This document shows positions 18,319 through 27,600 of a DNA stretch of 64,000 bases, piece by piece. A model generated the notes under the pieces. It had not been told where the DNA came from, did not search any database, and was given only the letters and a program-made list of their open reading frames with translations. The translations under genes and the position numbers were made by a program. How positions within the stretch are numbered: the stretch's first letter is position 1; each line of letters opens with the position of its first letter. This DNA is from Eubacteriales bacterium. GTDB lineage: Bacteria; Bacillota; Clostridia; Oscillospirales; CAG-272. The stretch lies in NCBI GenBank assembly GCA_045658565.1, contig JAZOVF010000003.1, positions 28,998 through 92,997 on the forward strand. Reading direction: 5' to 3'.

Positions 18319-19193
18319 TTTCCTAAAATGTCCGACAGGTTTGCCATTATTCTCTCGGCAATCTCGGGCTTGTTCATAGAGTAAATATGTACATGATTTA
18401 TTCCGTTTGCATAAAGGTCGATTATCTGGTCGGTGGCATAGGCAACACCTGCCTGCATCATCGCCTTGTCATCAGAGCCAAACTTGTCCACAAGGTTCTT
18501 GAACCTCTCTGGCATAAAGGAGCCGGAAAGCTTTATTGCTCTCTCGACCTGTCTGCCGCTTGTTATAGGCATTATGCCGGGAATAACAGGCACAGTTATG
18601 CCAAATTCGCGGATTTTGTAAAGAAAACTGTACAAAATATTGTTATCAAAGAACATTTGCGTTGTGAGGAAATCGCATCCTGCATCAACCTTTTCTTTAA
18701 GGAATTTTATATCCTCGGCTCTGTCACGGCTCTCGGGGTGTATTTCGGGATAGCACGCACCGCCAATACAGAAGTCGACAGATGCCCCCTTAAGCTCTCT
18801 TACCAGCTCAACTGCGTGTAGGTAATCCCAGAGGCTTCTGTCATCACGTTCCTTTTCGGCTGGGATGTCGCCTCTTAGTGCCATAACATTCTGTATTCCC
18901 GCATCCTTTATGTTCTTTATTCTCTCGGCAACCGTTGCCTTTGTTGAAGAAACGCAGGTCAAGTGGGCAATACTGGGAACACCGTAACGCTCCTTTATAT
19001 TCTTGGCAATATCAAGAGTATATTTGCTTGTTCCGCCCCCTGCGCCATAGGTAACACTCATAAACGAGGGCTTAAGACCTGCTATTTTCTCGGTAGCCTC
19101 CCTTACACTTTCATATCCCATTTCGGTTTTTGGCGGAAAGACCTCAAAGGAGAGGGAGAGGCTTGGGTCTTTAAGAAGATTTGAAATTTTCAT
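18315..19193 (-). CDS. metF: Methylenetetrahydrofolate reductase
   Basis: 292 aa, with LSFEVFPPKT at the N-terminus and a MetF-type TIM barrel pattern throughout. Confidence 0.9.
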   Translation of the reverse strand: MKISNLLKDPSLSLSFEVFPPKTEMGYESVREATEKIAGLKPSFMSVTYGAGGGTSKYTLDIAKNIKERYGVPSIAHLTCVSSTKATVAERIKNIKDAGIQNVMALRGDIPAEKERDDRSLWDYLHAVELVRELKGASVDFCIGGACYPEIHPESRDRAEDIKFLKEKVDAGCDFLTTQMFFDNNILYSFLYKIREFGITVPVIPGIMPITSGRQVERAIKLSGSFMPERFKNLVDKFGSDDKAMMQAGVAYATDQIIDLYANGINHVHIYSMNKPEIAERIMANLSDILGK

Positions 19194-19208
19194 ATACTGC
19201 TCCGAATA

Positions 19209-19631
19209 TCAGAATAAAAACAAAGCGCAAAGAACAATAAGGCATAGGGCAACAGCCGCACCGCCTGCGAGAATAAGAGTTCTCTTAATCGCTACTCTGC
19301 CCGCCCGCTTTGATGCCGCCTTAAGATAAACAGAGAGGGGGTCCTTGCCTCTCTTTACATCCTTTATAAAATCTTTTAGCCAGGATATATCTCCCTTAGA
19401 AACGGTATCTATATTTTTGATAGCTCCCGGCTCGTGGGCAATGCGGTTTCTTATACTTCTGTATTTTATAAGCCTGTGCAGGGCATTCTCTCTGCCCGGG
19501 GCAAACCTTACATCGGTAAGCTTTTTGATATACTCGGTTATTCCCGACTTTGTACAAAGCTTTTCGGCACAAAGCTTATCCAGCTCCAGATATTCACCGA
19601 GAAATGCTTGATTTATTTTACTGTTATTCAT
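19209..19631 (-). CDS. Hypothetical C-terminally membrane-anchored protein with a HEPN-like Rx4H motif
   Basis: 140 aa. The soluble part is predicted helical and contains YRSIRNRIAHEPG. The C-terminal hydrophobic helix is LILAGGAAVALCLIVLCALFLF. I did not recognise a family. Confidence 0.5.
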   Translation of the reverse strand: MNNSKINQAFLGEYLELDKLCAEKLCTKSGITEYIKKLTDVRFAPGRENALHRLIKYRSIRNRIAHEPGAIKNIDTVSKGDISWLKDFIKDVKRGKDPLSVYLKAASKRAGRVAIKRTLILAGGAAVALCLIVLCALFLF

Positions 19632-19699
19632 GCTTTCCTCCTTATATATAAGGTGAAGTATTTTATTTGTTATTATTTTACACTCTCAAAGGAGCTATT

Positions 19700-22600
19700 T
19701 CAAGGGGAAGTCTGTAATATTTTGTCAGGCTCAACTACTATAACCTCGCCAAGGTGCAGAGAATATATTCCTATCTCCGAAGGAGCGCGCCCGAAAATGC
19801 GCTCTGCCGCCAGAGCATAATAGCTGAGCTGAGTTCTGTGCCTGTCGGCAAGAGTTTTTCTTCCCTTTTCTCTGTCAGATAGCTCCTCGGGGGAGAGGCG
19901 GTCGGTTTTATAGTCGTAGAGGGCTATTGTGCCGTCCTCTTTCTCGATTATACAGTCTATAACTCCCTGAACAAGAATTCCCTTGTCCTTATAGATTTTT
20001 CTCTTTTCTTCATCGGCTGTAAAATATGCCGATGGAAGCCTTACGTTAAATCTTAACTCCCTGTAAAGAGCCTTTGCACCTCTCATATCCGAAAACAGCT
20101 CTGATTTCCTAAAGCCTTCAAGCTCCGAAAGACGTACTCTTTTGCCGTCGGTTACAGATATAAATCCCTCTTTTACAAGTCTTTCAAGCTCTGCTTCTGC
20201 CCCATGCTGTTCAAAGCGGTTAAGGTCACAAAACTGCAGAACATAGTGGGTTGCAATACCTCGCTTTGCGCTCTCGTCTGCCCTTGAGCCGCTCATAAAG
20301 ACAGGAAGCTTTGTTCTGCCGCCCTCTTCTCTTTCGGATATGGGAGTTACCACACCCTCGTCTGCTACGTCAAGCACCTCCGGGTAGGTTTTTGAAACCG
20401 ACATCTTCTCGGGCAGGCGGCAAAGAGCCTCTCTCGGGTAGCGGTAGGTAAATCTCTCATAAAGCTTATCGGCAAGTCCCTCTGTGCAAATTTTGTCTGA
20501 AGCTAAAGTCTGCTCTGTCACAGTCTCGTTCTCGGGAGTATATGCAGTACCATTACCCGTAATAAATTCTTCAGCCGAAAGAGCTTTTGCCCCCGAGGCG
20601 GTAAGAATAATTTCAAGATAAGAGGAGAGTGTTCTTGCGCTATATGGCGAAAGAGTGTTTTTCAGGTATTCAAGCCTTGATAGGTATTTATTTATATCCG
20701 TGACAGGCGAAACACCCACAACATAAAGCTGCTCTCTTGCTCTTGTCATAGCAACATAAAGCACACGAAGCTCCTCTTCAAAGCTACGGCGGAAGTTATA
20801 GTGATTTATAACATCAAAAACAGGATTATTAACTGCCGAAAGCCCCGAGGGTGTACGAAGCCGTACGGCTATTCCCATATCTGCGCTGTAAGAGAGGCGG
20901 TTTCGGGAATCCTTGTTAGAGAATCTTTCACCTGTATTCACAAGAAATACTATGGGGTATTCAAGGCCCTTTGATGCATGGCAGGTAACTATTTTTACTG
21001 CAGACTCATCGGATTTTTCACGAGTGTCGTCAAAGGTGGTGCGTTTGTCTATAAGACTGTTGATAAAATGGATAAAATTATAGAGTCCTAAGAACTCCCC
21101 TGCCTCAAACTCGCGGGCATAGTCATAAAGAAGCATAAGGTTTTCTTTTCCGCCGCTGCCCGCAGCCAAAGCCAAAAGCCCTGTTTCATGATAGAGCCTG
21201 AAAAGAAGCTCGTCGCATCTCACACCCTCGGAGAGGGTGCGGTATCTGTTAAGGGACTTAACAAAATTTATTCCCTTTTCAAACTCGGGGTGTGAGCTGT
21301 TATATCTTATCAGCGAGTCATAAAGACATCCATCTCTGCCATCGCCCCGACGTATAAGGTACATTTCGTCGGGAGTGAAGGAATAAAGAGGCGAACACAT
21401 AAGCCCTGCAAGATATACGTCTCTTTTCGGGTTGTCTATGGAGTTAAGAAGGCAGAGCACAAGAAGAATTTCGGAAGAAAGGAAGAAGCTTTTTGCACCG
21501 GATATTTTAACGGGTATTCCCTCTCTTTCAAGCGCCTCGGCATAAAGGCGGTCCTTGCCCTTTGCGTTTCTCAGAATAATTGCTATATCCGAGGGAGTCG
21601 GGGTGTTTCCGTTATCCAGCCTTCCCGAAGTCAAAAGCTCCTTTATCTTCTTTGCTACAACTGTCGGCGCAGAGTCGTTCTGCTCTTCATCGTACTCATC
21701 GTCATATATGTCCTTTGATGCCTGCTTTTCGAGCATACATATCTCGGGGGTAAGGTACTCAGGCTCGGGGTCTGCAACCTTTGAGCAAACCAGCCTGTCC
21801 TCTTCAAGATATCCGATAGACTCTCCGAGAAGCCCGAACATCTTGTCAAATACCGAGTTTACAAAGTCAACAATGCCTCTATCGCACCTGAAATTGTTGG
21901 ACATAAACACCGAGGCGGGCGATTTATCCTCCGCCTTATCAATAGAGGCAAAGCTGTTTTTCATATCCGCGAAAATTTCGGGGCAGGCAGAGCGGAAGCC
22001 GTAAATGCTCTGCTTTATATCTCCAACCATAAACCTGTTGTCAGGGCGGGATATAGCCTCGAAAATGCTGTTTTGCAGAGAGTTTACGTCCTGGTACTCG
22101 TCAATATATATGGCACTAAAGCTGTTTTTCAGGCTTTTGGCAATATCGGTAAGTGTTCCGTCCTCAGAAACCAGGCATCTGTAAGCAAAACGCTCAACAT
22201 CGGCGTAAGAAAGCGAGCCGCGGCGGAGCTTTTCGGAAACAAATACCGAGTCAAACTCACGAAGAAATCTATAAAGTACCGAAACCTTATCATAAAGACC
22301 GTTATAAAGTGTGTACCATTCCTCTATGGTATAGTTAAAGAACGGACGCATTTTTTTAATATCGTCCTTCAGATTTTCGCGCATAGCCTCGTAAAGCTCC
22401 ATATCGAGGCTTTTTTCACCCTTGACGGACTGGCGACGCACGAGACCAAACTCCGCTATTGCACTTTTAAGCTCGGAATAGTCCTTTTTCAAATGAAGAG
22501 CTGTGAGGGTGTCAATATCCGCAAGGGCGCAGGCATAATACTTTTTACTATCGTCATCTCCCCGAGAAAATCTCTCGGCAAAGCTCTTCGCATTCAAAAG

Positions 22601-23302
22601 ATAATGACTTAACAGCTCGTCCATTCTGTCGAGAATATAAGAGAGATGAGGCATTTGGTGTGCTTCGGGATATAAATCCGTTTTATAAAGCTCGGCAAGC
22701 TCCCTTACCGTTTCAACTCCCTTTTCGGTACTCTCACACTTTTCGTATATAAGTCTGAATACGTCAACAAGCTCCTCTGTGCGCTTGGAATCGGTAAGAC
22801 AGTCCGAAAGCGACTCAAGCTCCTCGGGTGTTGCAACATGGGGCAATACTCCCGAATATACCGCCTCGATAAGACCGCTGAGGATAGAAGCGGAAATAAG
22901 CTCACACTCGGCAGTATCGGCAATTCTATAATTAAATGGTACGCCTACCCTGTCAGCTCCAGAGCGGAGAATATCTCCGCAAAAGGAGTCTATTGTTCGT
23001 ATTTTTGCCTGTGGGAGCATAAAGAGCTGACGCTCTAAGGCTCGGTTTTCCGGATTTGCCCTCACCGCATCCTCAAGTGCCTTTTGTATTTTGACACGCA
23101 GCTCCGAGGCTGCCGCATTGGTAAAGGTTACAACAAGGAGGCTGTCAACCGATACGGAATTTTCTTCATCCATAAGCGAGCGTATAATGCGCTCGGTAAG
23201 GGTTGCGGTCTTTCCCGAGCCTGCCGCAGCCGAAACAAGCAGAGTTCTGTCTCTTGTCTCTATTGCCTGAAGCTGTTTTTCTGTCCATTTTCTTTCGCTC
23301 AT
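19700..23302 (-). CDS. addA: ATP-dependent helicase/nuclease subunit A (UvrD-type helicase fused to a RecB-type nuclease)
   Basis: 1200 aa. The N-terminus reads WTEKQLQAIETRDRTLLVSAAAGSGKTATLTERII. The C-terminal PD-(D/E)XK motif is GVIDCIIEKEDGTIALYDYKTD. Confidence 0.88.
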   Translation of the reverse strand: MSERKWTEKQLQAIETRDRTLLVSAAAGSGKTATLTERIIRSLMDEENSVSVDSLLVVTFTNAAASELRVKIQKALEDAVRANPENRALERQLFMLPQAKIRTIDSFCGDILRSGADRVGVPFNYRIADTAECELISASILSGLIEAVYSGVLPHVATPEELESLSDCLTDSKRTEELVDVFRLIYEKCESTEKGVETVRELAELYKTDLYPEAHQMPHLSYILDRMDELLSHYLLNAKSFAERFSRGDDDSKKYYACALADIDTLTALHLKKDYSELKSAIAEFGLVRRQSVKGEKSLDMELYEAMRENLKDDIKKMRPFFNYTIEEWYTLYNGLYDKVSVLYRFLREFDSVFVSEKLRRGSLSYADVERFAYRCLVSEDGTLTDIAKSLKNSFSAIYIDEYQDVNSLQNSIFEAISRPDNRFMVGDIKQSIYGFRSACPEIFADMKNSFASIDKAEDKSPASVFMSNNFRCDRGIVDFVNSVFDKMFGLLGESIGYLEEDRLVCSKVADPEPEYLTPEICMLEKQASKDIYDDEYDEEQNDSAPTVVAKKIKELLTSGRLDNGNTPTPSDIAIILRNAKGKDRLYAEALEREGIPVKISGAKSFFLSSEILLVLCLLNSIDNPKRDVYLAGLMCSPLYSFTPDEMYLIRRGDGRDGCLYDSLIRYNSSHPEFEKGINFVKSLNRYRTLSEGVRCDELLFRLYHETGLLALAAGSGGKENLMLLYDYAREFEAGEFLGLYNFIHFINSLIDKRTTFDDTREKSDESAVKIVTCHASKGLEYPIVFLVNTGERFSNKDSRNRLSYSADMGIAVRLRTPSGLSAVNNPVFDVINHYNFRRSFEEELRVLYVAMTRAREQLYVVGVSPVTDINKYLSRLEYLKNTLSPYSARTLSSYLEIILTASGAKALSAEEFITGNGTAYTPENETVTEQTLASDKICTEGLADKLYERFTYRYPREALCRLPEKMSVSKTYPEVLDVADEGVVTPISEREEGGRTKLPVFMSGSRADESAKRGIATHYVLQFCDLNRFEQHGAEAELERLVKEGFISVTDGKRVRLSELEGFRKSELFSDMRGAKALYRELRFNVRLPSAYFTADEEKRKIYKDKGILVQGVIDCIIEKEDGTIALYDYKTDRLSPEELSDREKGRKTLADRHRTQLSYYALAAERIFGRAPSEIGIYSLHLGEVIVVEPDKILQTSP

Positions 23303-23459
23303 ATTTTTGCCTCCTTTTCTCTTTTTATAAATATTTTAGCACAAAAGGACAGGCTTTTCAATAGAAATCTTGTGTATATCCCTGTTTTCTCTTGCAGAAG
23401 AGGAATTTTTGTGGTAAAATATATTGCGTAAACGATTTTCGGAGAAAGGAGCGCCTTTT

Positions 23460-24440
23460 ATGAGTCTTATTATCGGCAAAGCAGAATTACCATACGGAAT
23501 AATGCTCGCCCCTATGGCGGGATATACCGACAGAGCTATGCGTCTTGTGTGCCACAAATATGGTTGTGAATACTCGGTTACCGAAATGGTAAGCGCAAAG
23601 GCGGTTGTCTTTAACGACAAAAAAACCTTTTCTCTGGCTAAAATTCTCACCGATGAGGGGTCTGTGGCAATACAGATTTTCGGCTCTGAGCCAAATGTTA
23701 TGGCAGAGGCTGCCGCAAGGCTTCAAAATCCCGATGAGGGTGCTCGCCCTGTTGCAATTGATATAAATATGGGCTGTCCTGTACACAAGATATTCTCAAA
23801 CGGTGAAGGCTCGGCTCTTATGCGCTCGCCCCAGCTTATAGAAAAAATTGTTAAAGCGGTTAAAAGTGCCGTTTCCGTACCCGTAACCGTAAAATTAAGA
23901 GCCGGAATTGACTCCTCTCACATAAATGCCGCAGAGTGCGCTCTTGCCGCAGAGGCAGGTGGAGCGAGCATGATTTGTATTCACGGAAGAACAAGAGTTC
24001 AGATGTATGGCGGCAAATCCGACCGCGAAATCATCAAAAAAGTAAAGGATAGGTTGCATATTCCCGTATTTGCTAACGGAGATGTCGCCTCGGGAGAGGC
24101 TGCACTCTCATTGCTTCGCGACACAGGAGCTGACGGAATTGCCGTAGGACGAGGGGCGGTTGGCAATCCCTTTATCTTCTCGGAAATCAGGGCAAGTCTT
24201 ATGGGAGAAAGCCCCTCTGAGATTTCTCTTTCCGAAAGGGTGGACACCGCCCTTTTCCAGCTTAAAACTGCCATTATCGACAAGGGCGAGAGTGTGGCGG
24301 TAAACGAAGCAAGAAAGCAAATTTCATTTTACCTAAAAGGCTTCAGAGGTGCTGCGGCTCTTAGACAAAAAATCAACTGCTCAACAACCTATACAGAGGT
24401 TGAGCGCGCCTTTACTGAAGCTCTATCCGAGGCAGAATAA
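23460..24440 (+). CDS. dusB: tRNA-dihydrouridine synthase
   Basis: LAPMAGYTDRAMRLV, INMGCP and HGRTR motifs. The start at ATG 23460 follows AAAGGAG. Confidence 0.9.
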   Translation: MSLIIGKAELPYGIMLAPMAGYTDRAMRLVCHKYGCEYSVTEMVSAKAVVFNDKKTFSLAKILTDEGSVAIQIFGSEPNVMAEAAARLQNPDEGARPVAIDINMGCPVHKIFSNGEGSALMRSPQLIEKIVKAVKSAVSVPVTVKLRAGIDSSHINAAECALAAEAGGASMICIHGRTRVQMYGGKSDREIIKKVKDRLHIPVFANGDVASGEAALSLLRDTGADGIAVGRGAVGNPFIFSEIRASLMGESPSEISLSERVDTALFQLKTAIIDKGESVAVNEARKQISFYLKGFRGAAALRQKINCSTTYTEVERAFTEALSEAE

Positions 24441-24501
24441 AAACCGACAAAAATCAGCCTGTTTTCCTCAAACGGAAGCACGTGAATTTTGTCGGTTTTT
24501 T
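24441..24501. terminator. Long-loop bidirectional hairpin between convergent dusB and the GH2-like gene
   Basis: A 12-bp perfect stem pairs AAACCGACAAAA (24441-24452) with TTTTGTCGGTTT (24487-24498), followed by T's. The loop is 34 nt. Confidence 0.55.
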
Positions 24502-24516
24502 GTTTTCGGGATTTAA

Positions 24517-26556
24517 TTATTCTTTTCCTACATCGTAAAGGCTTCTTATCTTCAGCTGTTTCTTTAAGCTCTTTACGGTTTCGACAGGCGAGGTAGTTGT
24601 AAATGTTACTTTTACGGGCACCTCGGAGGTTATATCAAAGTAATTATACGAGAATACCGCATCTGCATCCTCAAAACTAAGCTCAACACGGCCTGCGTAA
24701 GCAGAAGCAGACAGAGTTATACTGAAACGGCGGTCAGCTCCCGAAAGCTCAGCCTTAATGTCGGGATTTTTGTATGCGAAGTTTTTGGGAGCAACAAAGA
24801 GCGCTGTTCCCTCGGCAAGGATTGAATTGCCCTCTGTAAAGGAATATTCAACAAATCTCTCCTTTTCGTGAGAGGCTATGTACTCGGATAAATCGTGAGT
24901 AAATACTGTGCGGGAGGAATTTTCAGCTATATCTATTTCCTCGGAATACTTATATATTAGATGGTTATTATTATCTATTACCCTGTATTCAAGAAGTCCA
25001 AACACCGCAACTCCTCTGTTATTGATAGCAATAAGGCTCACAGATGTTCCTTTTGCTTCAGCGGTGACGGTTACAGGAGCAAAGAAGCTCTTTGCATAAT
25101 ACTGAACAGCCTTCCAGCCTGCCTCGGTGTCAAGAGATGAACTTGAGATAAGACGCTCGGCACTAATTTCTGAAAAGACTGCGCGTCCCTCCTTGCCAAG
25201 AGCTATGCGACGCTTCAACATCTCTCTTTTTGTGTTTTCTGCCTGGGTGAGCCTTGTAAGATAAGCAAAATCGGAGGAAGTGTTGGCATAAAGGTACCTC
25301 TCGGCAGCCGAATAAGCCATAGCAATACAATTGCCACCGCTGTGCTTCTCCATATCTGCCGAAAATGCATTTCTATTCTCGGGAGCTATCGCCGAATATG
25401 TAACTCTGTCTCCGGGAACAGATGGCTCGCCAAAATATTCCACAGCCTCGGGTACAAAAGAAAAATCAAGGTCGGGTATTGTCTCTTTTATTCTTGCGGC
25501 AGTATTTGAGCTACTATCTGCTCCTACAACATCAAGATGAACAAAGGACGGATGGTGAGCAACCGAAGAGACAGTCTTAAGAGAAATATCGCTGATATCC
25601 GCTGTCTCGTAAATAACCGCAATTCCATGAACGTCACAAAGATCAAAGAAGGAGTCACCCGGCAATCTGTCACCCTTAATTACAAAGCAATTAAAGCCTG
25701 CCATAGCTGCCGACGTAACAAATGCCGCCGTGCGCTTTCTGGACACCTCGGGAGAATATATTTTTTCGGGGATATATACAGCTCCCATAGGCAAAAGCCT
25801 GAGTCGATTTACAGCAAGAAGATTATCCTCGCCCGAGGTTATTTTGCGAAGACCTACCTTAAATTCAAGGGTGTCCTCAGCCTCGGCCTCTCCGTAAAGA
25901 TTTACGGTAAGCTTATATATATTCTGAACTCCCAGACCCTGGGGGTACCAGAACAGGGGGTCACTTATATGTATTATTGCTCTGCCGTCAACAAATCCGC
26001 CGTAATATATCTGTCCCGCACCCGAAATAAGGGTTGCAACGCCGCGACTGTTCTCCGTGCTGCCAACAGAGGTTATTTCAACGCAAAGCGAAACAGACTC
26101 ATCATCCCTCATCTCGCTTATGATAACATCGTCTATTATGGAATTGTTAAAACGCAAAAGCTCGACAGATGAGAGTATTCCCGAATCAAATTCAGGCTTT
26201 GAAAACTCGAACACAACAGTATTGTCACCGTTTACAATGCTGTCCCCGATATCAAATAGCACTCTTCCGCAACCCTCGGAGATTTTTCCGGCAGAGATGC
26301 CGTTAACAAACAACTCCGAGTCAGAGTGACTGCCGCTGATACGGATATATGTATATTTTGCCGAGTACAGCTGCTCATCAACAGAGATGTGCGCCGTGAC
26401 CCGCATCTTTTTTACATCCGGCTTTTTAAAAAACGCTCCATCCTTGGCATCGTCAGGTTCTCCCATTACCGAATAAAGGGTAAAAGGTACTGTTACAGAG
26501 CCTTTCTCATTACCGTCAATATCCGGAATGAACTCTTTTATTTCGTATTTTAACAT
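24517..26556 (-). CDS. Glycoside hydrolase family 2-like protein (divergent beta-mannosidase-like)
   Basis: 679 aa. It has a GH2-type N-terminal sugar-binding region and a beta-mannosidase-like C-terminal pattern (...FAYLTRLTQAENTKREMLKRRI...GWKAVQYYAKSFFAPV). The segment where I expect the acid/base NE reads HHPSFVHLDVVGADSS. Confidence 0.5.
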   Translation of the reverse strand: MLKYEIKEFIPDIDGNEKGSVTVPFTLYSVMGEPDDAKDGAFFKKPDVKKMRVTAHISVDEQLYSAKYTYIRISGSHSDSELFVNGISAGKISEGCGRVLFDIGDSIVNGDNTVVFEFSKPEFDSGILSSVELLRFNNSIIDDVIISEMRDDESVSLCVEITSVGSTENSRGVATLISGAGQIYYGGFVDGRAIIHISDPLFWYPQGLGVQNIYKLTVNLYGEAEAEDTLEFKVGLRKITSGEDNLLAVNRLRLLPMGAVYIPEKIYSPEVSRKRTAAFVTSAAMAGFNCFVIKGDRLPGDSFFDLCDVHGIAVIYETADISDISLKTVSSVAHHPSFVHLDVVGADSSSNTAARIKETIPDLDFSFVPEAVEYFGEPSVPGDRVTYSAIAPENRNAFSADMEKHSGGNCIAMAYSAAERYLYANTSSDFAYLTRLTQAENTKREMLKRRIALGKEGRAVFSEISAERLISSSSLDTEAGWKAVQYYAKSFFAPVTVTAEAKGTSVSLIAINNRGVAVFGLLEYRVIDNNNHLIYKYSEEIDIAENSSRTVFTHDLSEYIASHEKERFVEYSFTEGNSILAEGTALFVAPKNFAYKNPDIKAELSGADRRFSITLSASAYAGRVELSFEDADAVFSYNYFDITSEVPVKVTFTTTSPVETVKSLKKQLKIRSLYDVGKE

Positions 26557-26597
26557 ATCTCTCTCCGTTCTTCGCCAACAGGGCGAATTTTAAGGAT

Positions 26598-27470
26598 TTA
26601 TTTTGAAAGAATCTCGTAGCCCTCTTCGGTTACTAAAATCTCGTACTCCACCTGAGCCGAAAGCCCACCGTCAAGAGTGCGTACGGTCCAGCCGTCGTGA
26701 GGGTCTATATAAACCTTTGATTTTCCTTGATTTATCATAGGCTCAACCGTAAATATCATTCCCGGAAGCAGCACCATTCCCGCGCCAAGAGTGCCGACAT
26801 GACAAACATAGGGGTCCTCGTGCATCTGAAGTCCAACACCGTGGCCGCCTATCTCACGAACCACCGTAAACCCATTTTGCCTTGCGTGACGGTTTATATA
26901 ATACCCTATATCCCCAAGGTGGGACTCATAGGGTTTAATGGACCTTGCGGCAAGCTCCACCGCCTCGGCGGTTGTATTTACAAGGCTTTCTGCCTCGGGT
27001 GAAATTTTGCCAAAGGTGTACATTCTCGATGCATCACCGAAATAGCCTCCGTATACCGTGGTGCAATCCACGTTTATTATATCTCCCTCTCGGATTATAT
27101 CCCTTTCCGCTGGGATTCCGTGACAGACAACATCGTTTTTCGAGGTGCAGACAGCCTTGGGGAAGCCCTCATATCCAAGGCAGGCAGGCTTTCCGCCAAG
27201 GGCGCGGGTTTCACGCATAACAATTCTGTCAATATCCTCGGTGGTCATTCCTATCTCAATCTCACGGCTTACGGCATCGAGTATAAGCGAGTTGACCTTT
27301 CCCGCCTCGCGGCAGCCCTCAATTTGGGCATCCGTTTTAATCATTTTTGCCGAGGGAGTCCTGTAATTTAAAGTGCGGAGTCTTTTTATATACTCCTCCG
27401 TACTCTCGCCTGTCTCGGGTCGGGGCGCTGAAGATTTATTGACGTTATATATTCTCTTGGCCTTATGCAT
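26598..27470 (-). CDS. map: Type I methionyl aminopeptidase with an N-terminal extension
   Basis: The metal-ligand contexts are DIINVDCTTVYGGYFGDASRMY, GHGVG and EPM. I prefer the start at ATG 27470 (GAGG 6 nt upstream). The track ORF starts at 27488. Confidence 0.88.
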   Translation of the reverse strand: MHKAKRIYNVNKSSAPRPETGESTEEYIKRLRTLNYRTPSAKMIKTDAQIEGCREAGKVNSLILDAVSREIEIGMTTEDIDRIVMRETRALGGKPACLGYEGFPKAVCTSKNDVVCHGIPAERDIIREGDIINVDCTTVYGGYFGDASRMYTFGKISPEAESLVNTTAEAVELAARSIKPYESHLGDIGYYINRHARQNGFTVVREIGGHGVGLQMHEDPYVCHVGTLGAGMVLLPGMIFTVEPMINQGKSKVYIDPHDGWTVRTLDGGLSAQVEYEILVTEEGYEILSK

Positions 27471-27538
27471 CGTTTGCCTCATTATCATTTTATTTCTTAC
27501 AGTATACCACAGTTTTCTTTGAATTTCAACTTTTATAT

Positions 27539-27574
27539 AAAAAAATAAAGGGCCGAGTCAAAAAAACTCGGCTC
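27539..27574 (-). terminator. Rho-independent terminator of the P-type ATPase gene
   Basis: On the minus strand, GAGCCGAGT pairs with ACTCGGCCC, followed by TTTATTTTTT. Confidence 0.7.
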
Positions 27575-27600
27575 TCTACGTTAAATATGTAAACCTTTAT

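Noticed and set aside
19632-19699. I looked for a SAM (S-box) riboswitch or T-box leader upstream of the metF-metH genes
   Set aside because: The only spacers are 68 bp (19632-19699), 15 bp and 29 bp. These are too short, and they lack the conserved S-box or T-box strings.
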